NCBI RefSeq assembly: GCF_006345805.1 | Contig: NC_043021.1 | Span: 20,336,001 to 20,400,000, forward strand | Length of the DNA stretch: 64,000 nt | Direction: 5' to 3' | Source of the DNA: Octopus sinensis | Lineage: Eukaryota | Shown: piece after piece, positions 38,601 through 47,600 of the stretch | Layout: the number at the start of each line of letters is the position of its first letter | Position numbering within the stretch: position 1 is the first letter of the stretch | Notes under the pieces: generated by a model | What the model was told of the DNA's origin: nothing | The model's database searches: none | The model's input: the letters and a program-made list of their open reading frames with translations, nothing else | Translations under genes and position numbers: made by a program

Positions 38601-41600
38601 GGCTTAACTGGGGCTAAATAATATTTAGAATCAGGGATAATGGTAACTATGAATTTTTACCAAAGTACCAACTAAAAGTTCATGAAAGACCATCAAGAGA
38701 GCTTCTATGTGGCTGCTTAAACTTGCTATAAATAGCAGCCAAATGCTTCCTCAAATCCCTTACAACATACTATTTTGAAAAAGGAAGAATATTCTTAAAA
38801 AGACAGGATGTATCAATCAGGGTTAACTTAGGGTAAACAAAAACAGTTCCTAAGTCACAGGACCGCAGAAATCTTTCCAAAATCATATTTTCATCTTTAA
38901 AAAGGGATTAAAAGTTTATGAAGCTTTCTCAATTCTATATTAGAATTTCTTTACTTTGCAACATTTTTAGAGTAACGGTTGTGGTGGAATGGACTGTCCA
39001 TGTCTAAGGAATGTGCAAGTATGAGATAATTTTCTTGATATATGTATAGGGATTGAATTTGGGCTTTTGTTGAGGGAGTAAGATCAAGTTGTCATGTAGA
39101 ATTTTGGAATATGTTTGTACAGGTGTGGCTGTGTGGTTGGTAAGAAGCATGCTGCCCAACCACATGGTTTCAGGTTCAGTCCCACTGTGTGGCACCTTGG
39201 GCAACCAAAGCCTTGTGAGTGGATTTGGTGGACAGAAACTGAAAGAAGCCCATCATACATGTGTGTCCTTGTTTGTTCCCCGCCACCGCTTGAAAACTAG
39301 TGCTAGTGTGTTTATGTCCCCATAACTTAACAGTTTGGCAAAAGAGACTGATAGAATAAGCACAAGGCTTCAAAAAATAAAGCCTAGGGTTAATTTGTTT
39401 CACTAAAAACCCTTCAAGGCGGTGCCCCAGCATGGCTGCATTGAAATGACTGAAACACACAAAAAAAAATAAAGGATAAAAGGGGCCTGTTTACATTTAT
39501 GGAAGCAGCATAAGACTAACAAGAAGGGTCCCGGTTGAGTGTAGGTGACGCCATGTGTGGAAGGTCAACACTCACGTGATGGTATTTCTAAGAAATGCAT
39601 TATACAAGTGTTTCATTTCATTTTGGAAAACAGCCAAGAATTTAGAGCATTTAGTGATGAAACTGTTATAACTAAGTTGCTGTTTTTCTGGCTCTTTATG
39701 TTATGAGTTCAAATCCTGTGAAAGTCAACTTTGTCTTATGTAAACAAGACATTTGTTCTCAGAGCCGGGCTGGTAACGAAAGGGTCAAATTTCTTTCTAA
39801 ATTAGAAACCTGTCATGGTCAACTTTACTTTTCATTATTCATTTACATTATTCATCCATCAATATTTTCCACCCACTATTCCAGGGAAGGATGTGGGGTT
39901 AGATTCCTCAGGCATTTCCTCCATAGGGTCCTTTGGAAAGTCAAATTTGTCTTTTATTCTTCTAGGGTTCATACAATAAAGTACCAGTCAAGTGCTGGGT
40001 TGACCTAATCAACAGTCCCTTTCCACAAAATTTCTGGCCATGTGACTATCATTATCCTTATTATTATTACTTGAAGGCAGCAAGTTGGCAGAATTGTTAG
40101 CATGCCAGGCAAAATACTTAGTAGCATTTCATTTGTCCATACGTTCTGAGTTCAAATTCTACCGAAGTCGACATTGCCTTTCATCCTTTCGGGGTTGATA
40201 AACTAAGTATCAGTCAAGTATTGAAGTCGATGTGATCGACTTTCTCCTCCCCCAAAAATTTCAGGCCTTTTACCTATAGTAGAAAGGATTATTATTATTA
40301 TTACTTACTGTTATTACTGAGAGAGGTAAGCACTAGCATAGCTCGAGTGTGCACCACCTGGGGTGGCCCTTCTATTTGCTGACCCCCAGACCCCACAAAA
40401 ACACATATTGCCTACAGCAGACCCCAAAGTGGTGCCCGAGACAGACTACCCCTAAAGCTACACCAGTGGAGGTGAGCTGGCAGAATCATTAACATACCAG
40501 ACAAACTACTTAGTGGCATTTCTTTCAGCTTCACGCTCAGAGTTCAAATGCTGCTGAGGTTCACCTGATTATCATCGTTTCAGAGTTGATAAAATAAGTA
40601 GGAGTCAGTGGTTGATGTAACCGACCTACCTCTCCCCCCATAAAATTGCTGGCCTTGAGCCAAAGTTTGAAATTACCATGATTATTATTATTACTATTAT
40701 CATTACGGTGGTGAGCTGGCAGAATCCTTATCATGCCAGGCCAAATGCTTAGCAGAATTTTGTCCGTCTTTATGTTCTAGTTCAAATCCCGCAGAAGTCA
40801 ACTTTGCTTTTCAACCTTTCAGGATCAATAAATTAAGTACCAGTGAAACACTGGGGATCAATGTAATTAACTAGTCCCCTCCCGCAAAATTTCAGACTTT
40901 GTGCCTCTAGTAGAAAGGATTGTTGTTGTTGTTATTGTTATTATTATTATTAATAATAATAATAATAATAATGTGGTGAGCTAGCAGAATTGTTATCATG
41001 CCAGGCCAAATGCTCAGTGGAATTTTGTCTGGCTTTACATTCTGAGTTCAAATCCTGCAAAGGTTGACTTTGCTTTTCATTCTTTCAGGGTTGATAAATT
41101 AAGTACCAGTTGTGTACTAGGGTCGATGTAATCAACTAGTCCCCTTCCCCAAAATTTCAGGCCTTGTGTCTTTAGTAGAAAGGATTATTAAGTTACTGAA
41201 TGTACCACATAGCATAGCTTGGTCCATCATAGACTCAAATGTTCAATTGCAGTTCAAACTAGAGTTTTAGTGGTGTTAAGCCAAACAGAACATCATAGTA
41301 CGTATCTATTACTTTAAGTCAGTTGACAAATACTCTTTACATATTCTCTCTCTCTCTATATATATATATATCATCATCATCATCGTTTAACGTCCGTTCT
41401 CCATGCTAGCATGGGTTGGACGGTTCGACCGGGATCTGGGAAGTCAGAAGGCTGCACCAGGCTCCAGTCTAATCTGGTAGTGTTTCTACAGCTGGATGCC
41501 CTTCCTAACGCCAACCACTCCGAGAGTGTAGTGGGTACTTTTTACGTGCCACCGGCACAGGTGCCAGGCGAGGCTAGCAACGGCCACGATCGGATTGGTG

Positions 41601-41964
41601 CATTTTACATGCCACCGGCATGGAAGCCAGTCAAGGCACCGCTGGCATCGACTACATTCCACAACTGCAGTTTCCATTGATCTTTGATGTTGGTGTCATA
41701 TATATATATATATATAAAATTAATTAAGGGTAGAAATTGATATTTATCAATTAAGACCAGTGGTCTAGCATATTAAAAAAGAATCCGAAGATTAAAATAT
41801 TTATATATACCAATTAAGGACTGAACACGAAAAGTGGACAGTCAACATGCTAGATATAGACGTCAAATCGCCATCTAGATCATGTTGAGTTTGCTAGAAC
41901 ATAATCTTTTGACGATCTATATCTAGCATGTTGACTGTCCACTTTTCGTGTTCAGTCCTTAATT

Positions 41965-42013
<49 letters not shown>

Positions 42014-44601
42014 GCATGCATACAAGGAGAGAGACTACAAAGTTAATTAGCAAGTGATTTAATTACTATAACAAGGTTTCGTGGGTGTCTGTTTCATTTC
42101 TGACTAGCAGCTCAGTCACTAACTCAGCTTTTATACAATACTAGCAGAGATACCTAGCTTTGCCCATGTCACATGGAATTGAAGAATTAGACTTTTCTTT
42201 CATATTTTCTCTAATGGACTGGAATACCTATGATTTGAATTTCATCAAAATTGCAGATTATGAATTTTAATGAGGGTTCTTTCCCTCTTTACACACCCTA
42301 ACAAAAATTCTAATCATGACATATTTATCCCATACTACTCATCTTTATGCCCAGATTCCAAAATCCAAATCTTATGAAACCTAATCAAAGGTTTTTGCGC
42401 CTGAAAAATGGAGCTCTAATATGTTGGAGTTAAAGCCCCTATTGTGTGTGTGTTTGGGGGGGTCTTAAAGTCAACCAGAAAAGTTTAATTGTTGGGAATC
42501 TTTTAAACTTAGGTCTTATATCTATTGTTCAAATTTCTTTGAAATCGGAAATATATGTTCACTGAGTTTGTAAAAGACAGCAAAGCTACAGGAAACCAAA
42601 AGACAAATGATCACAATAAGCAGTCAGTTACCCTACCCTAGTTGTTACCACTCCCCAATGTAGGATTCCTCACCATATAGGTGACGGGCACAGCTGTAAG
42701 ATGCATTATGGATCTATAGCAATTGGAAGGGCATGACTCAACTAAAATAAACATTAACAACTGAGTGACATGAGGGCAAAGGGGAAATGAAAGTGTCATC
42801 TCTGGAGTTTGCCAATGATCACTATGCTGATAGGTAACTGGACAGAATAAATTTGCAATCTATAAATCTCTTTGAATCACCAGTCACTTATCTGGCAAGG
42901 CCTTGAAATCAATGCTACCATCTGGGAACTATCTCTGACCCAGTGATAATAAAAAGACTCAAAGGAGGTCTGCAACCAAATAATTTTACTCAACACTTTG
43001 CAACTGAATCAGTAGAGGCAAAGATGCCCCTCCTTTATTTGACAATTTATGCACCACATTGCAGAAATCAGAATCTAAGTATATCTCAAAGCAAAGTTTT
43101 ACACTGTTGTACCATTGAATTACAAATAACATTCATCTTGTATGCTCGGGTAACCCTACAGCTTCTAACTGTATTCATCTTGGCTTAGGAAAAAAATGAC
43201 TAAATTGTGGGCGTTAAGTCCCCATTAAGGGTCTTACTAACTCCTAAGAAGTTGAAATTTTAGAAATATTACTTCATTTGTGTCTAATATCTATGGTTAA
43301 AATTTCATCAACAGCAAAAATATATGAATTTTCATGGGGGTTATGGCCTCATTTATGACCCCTCACTTTCAACAATATACTGCATTACATCTGTCCTTAT
43401 GCATAGAATATAATTTCCAAATTTCATAAAGGTCCATTCAGTACTTTTGACCTAGTTTTGGATCATAAAAAATTACTAAAATTTAGGAGTTAAGGCCCCC
43501 ATTAGAGGGAGCTTAGAATCCTCATGAGAAGCGGAAACTTTGGGAATACTTCTTGATGTGTGTCAATTAGAAAAGAGATTGCTCTGGATTCGCATTAAGC
43601 AAGAAGTTGAAAATTTTTTGGGTCCATGACACTACATGGATGTAAGGCATGTGTAAAATTTGAATGAAATCGGTTGTATAGTTCTTGAGTTTTAGGGATT
43701 CACATACACACACATTCTCATCTTTATATATATATATATATATATAGATGTTCAATTTAAGTTACTATAAGTCATTACCTATGGTGGAAATTTCATCAAC
43801 ATCAGAAATTTATGAATTTTTATGGGGTTTCTTCCCCGCTTTAAGCCACCTCAATTTCAAACCAGACATACAGCATTATACCTGCCCTTATGCATTGAAT
43901 CTAAGTTCCAAATATCATAAGGATCCATTCAGTAATTTTGGTCCATGAAATTGTATGAAACACACAGCATTACCCTTCTGCCTAAGCTTGGTTTTGCGTT
44001 CCAAATTTCATTAGGATCAGTGCAGAAGTTTTCAAATCTATAAGTAACACACGACCACAAATAAAGATATTGACTTTTATATAATAGATATAAATATGCA
44101 CATATATATACATGTATATATGTGCATGTATATACATGTATATATGTGCATGTATATACATGTATATATGTGCGTGTGTGCATGAGTGTATATTATATAT
44201 ATATATGTGTGTGTATATTATATATATATATATATATATATGTGTGTGGTGTGTATATTATATATATATATATATATATATAATATAAATCAATATTAGC
44301 AGTTGGGAAGCAATTGCCAGCAACCATGGAGATTGGCACGTACCGTAAAAGAGGGAATACAAAGGAGTGACAGAGAGAGAGAGGAGAAATGGAAAGACAA
44401 GAAAAGACGTCAACAAGAAACTATGACACTACAACCAGCCAGGAACAGTCTTCGCTACATTTGCGGTACCTGCCAGAGGGAGTGTTTGTCCAGGATAGGA
44501 CTACACAGTCACAGCAGGAAATGTATCAGGACATGAAATATAAAAGCCGGACTAGACTACTTCATGCGCAACTCCATTGTCTCCCGAGACAGAAAGCATG
44601 C

Positions 44602-44693
<92 letters not shown>

Positions 44694-47600
44694 TAGATTG
44701 ATAGATACAATTGAGAGGGCAAACAAATATATGATGAATTTTTAAAAAAATGAATCGACCCCAGTGCTTTTTTTTTTTATTTTGATAAGCCTGGTACTTA
44801 TTCTATCAGTCTCTTCTTGTCAAACCAGTAAGTTATGGGGATGTAAATAAATCAACATCAGTTGTCAAGCAGTGATGAGAGAGAAACACAGACACAAAGA
44901 CAAACACACATACACTTATATATGATTGATTTCTTTCAGTTTCTATTTACGAAATCCACTCACAAGGCTTTGGATGGTCTGAGGCTATAGCAGAAGACAC
45001 ATGCCAAGTTACCACACAGTGGGACTGAACCCAGGACCATGTGTTTCCTTACCACATAGCCACACCTGCACTTGTGTGTGTGTATGTATGTATACCGGAA
45101 TGGACATGGCCAATCTGAAGGAAGCTGCCCAGAATAGAACTGACTGGAGGACACTGATCCAACGAGTGACCGAGAGTCGACTTCGACTGAGCAGAGAGAG
45201 AGAGATATATGTATATAACTATATGTGTACATATTACATATACATCTATATACACACACACACATATATATAAGTATGTATACACATATATATGTGAGAT
45301 AATAGTTTCACTTTAAAAGTTTCAGTATTAAAAGTAGAACAATTAAAGTGAAAGTATCTGACATTACAATAGAGAGATGTTGTTGTTTCACTTTTGGCAC
45401 ATAATACTGAAATAGTGGAAGAGATAAGAGATTGCTCTGGGCTCGCATTAGGCAAGAAGTGGAAAACTTTTTTGGCCCACGACACTACATGGATCTAAGT
45501 AAGGCATGTGTAAAATCTGAATGAAATTGGTTGTGTAGTTCTTGAGTTTTAGGGATTCACACACACACACACACACACACATACATATTCTCATCTTTAT
45601 ATATATATATGAGGCGCAATGGCCCAGTGGTTAGGGCATCGGACTCGCGGTCGGAGGATCGCGGTTTCGATTCCCAGACCGGGCGTTGTGAGTGTTTATT
45701 GAGCGAAAACACCTAAAGCTCCACAAGGCTCCGGCAGGGGGTGGTGGTGACCCCTGCTGTACTCTTTCACCACAACTTTCTCTCACTCTTTCTTCTGTTG
45801 GCCTGCCCGCTTAACCAGCGGGGTGGCGTCATTTGAAGGCTAAAGCAATGCGAAGCGCATTGTGACCAGCGATGTGTAGCAACATCTGATAACCTGGTCG
45901 GTCACGGTGACGGTGAGATATATATATATATATATATATATTTAGATGTTCAATTTAAGTACTTAAGCCTGTCTTTTGCTTTGCTTTGGCAAGCAACAAA
46001 GACACCGTATCTTATCAAACATTTAACGATATAATTGTACAATGATTTCCAACAAGAGGGTCTAATAAATCATATTAAGAAACAAAACAAAGCAAAACAT
46101 AAAACAACAGTTAAAAGCACCCTTACCCTCCCACAAAAGTGCTACTTAATTACAAAGGACTCCTGCATGTTGAAGGAGTTTTTCTATGTGGTCATACGAC
46201 CTGCTAAAAATAGAAACCAAATCTTGCTTATAGCCCTCTATACTGTTTTAAGTATAAAAGACACACTAGATAATGCAGCTTTACATAATGAAGTCCTTTA
46301 AAAAGACATGATGGTCATCAATGGAATACCTTTGGTTATAAGTCTGCTCACTTAAAATTACCATGGAATTAACAACAAAATCTACCCATCTTCTCTGCTT
46401 TCTCATTCTAAAAGGGTCTTGAGGGTAGAGTTTGACACCTCCTCCATAGAGTCCTATTAGACTTTCCAGGTAGATTCCAAAGCATATCCAACTGAGACTA
46501 TGGTATTTATCCAATGATCTTATTCTTGATCTACCCCTGGGTCTCCTGCAGATTGGCTTGGTTTGAAGAATTTACTTGGCAATTTTTTACCTCAACATTC
46601 TAATTACATGTCTATAGTACCAGAGCTGTGACCCCTCAGTATGAATTGGCAGCTCGGCCTGGAGAGACTCCCTGGTCTCAGAGCTATGCACCCTGTCAAG
46701 TAATATTAGTCTAGAGATCCTTCAGAGGAACCCCGTTTTTGGAAAAAATAATTGTCAAAGAGAAGAAATAAGACTACAGGCATGTGATTAGAATGTTGCA
46801 GGTGGTGGAAGCACTCCGTCGGTTATGACGACGAAGGTTCCGGTTGGTCCGAATCAACGGAACAGCCTGCTTGTGAAATTAACCTGTAAGTGGCTGAGCA
46901 CTCCACAGACACGTGTACCCTTAACGTAGTTCTCGGGGATATTCAGCGTGACACAGAGAGTGACAAGGCCAGCCCTTTTGAAATACAGGTACAACAGAAA
47001 CAGGAAGTAAGAGTGAGAGAAAGTTATGGTGAAAGAGTACAGCAGGGATCACCACCATCCCTGCCGGAGCCTCGTGGAGCTTTAGGTGTTTTCGCTCAAT
47101 AAACACTCACAACACCCGGTCTGGGAATCGAAACTGCGATCCTACAACCGCGAGTCCACTGCCCTAACCACTGGGCCATTGCGCCTGACCCCTAGGTATG
47201 AATTAGCAGTCGAGCTGGTCTCAAAGCTGTGCACCCTGCCAAGTAATATTAGTCAAGAGATCCTTCAGAGGAACCCCATTTTTGGAAAAAATAATTGTCA
47301 AAGAGAAGAAATAGGACTACAGACATGTGATTAGAATGTTGCAGGTAAGAATTGCAAGACAGATTCTTCAAGCCAAGCCAATGTGAAGGAGGCCCACGGG
47401 CAGACCAAGAACAAGATGGTTGCAAGCTATGGACATACAAGGGGTGTAGTGAAACCACAGGAAGGCAAACAGAGGAAGTAGTATTTGTATGTGAAAGATG
47501 TGCAGGAGCAATGAACACTAAAGACACATGGGAAATAGATTTTTCTCAAATACTCTGAACACTTCAAAGAAATAGTAGATAATTTCTGCTACCTAGGTGA

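Noticed and set aside
45611-45685. tRNA-like heads of SINE families A, B and C as tRNA genes
   Set aside because: They lack a closed acceptor stem or proper cloverleaf and continue into SINE bodies; only 23269-23340 folds as a tRNA.
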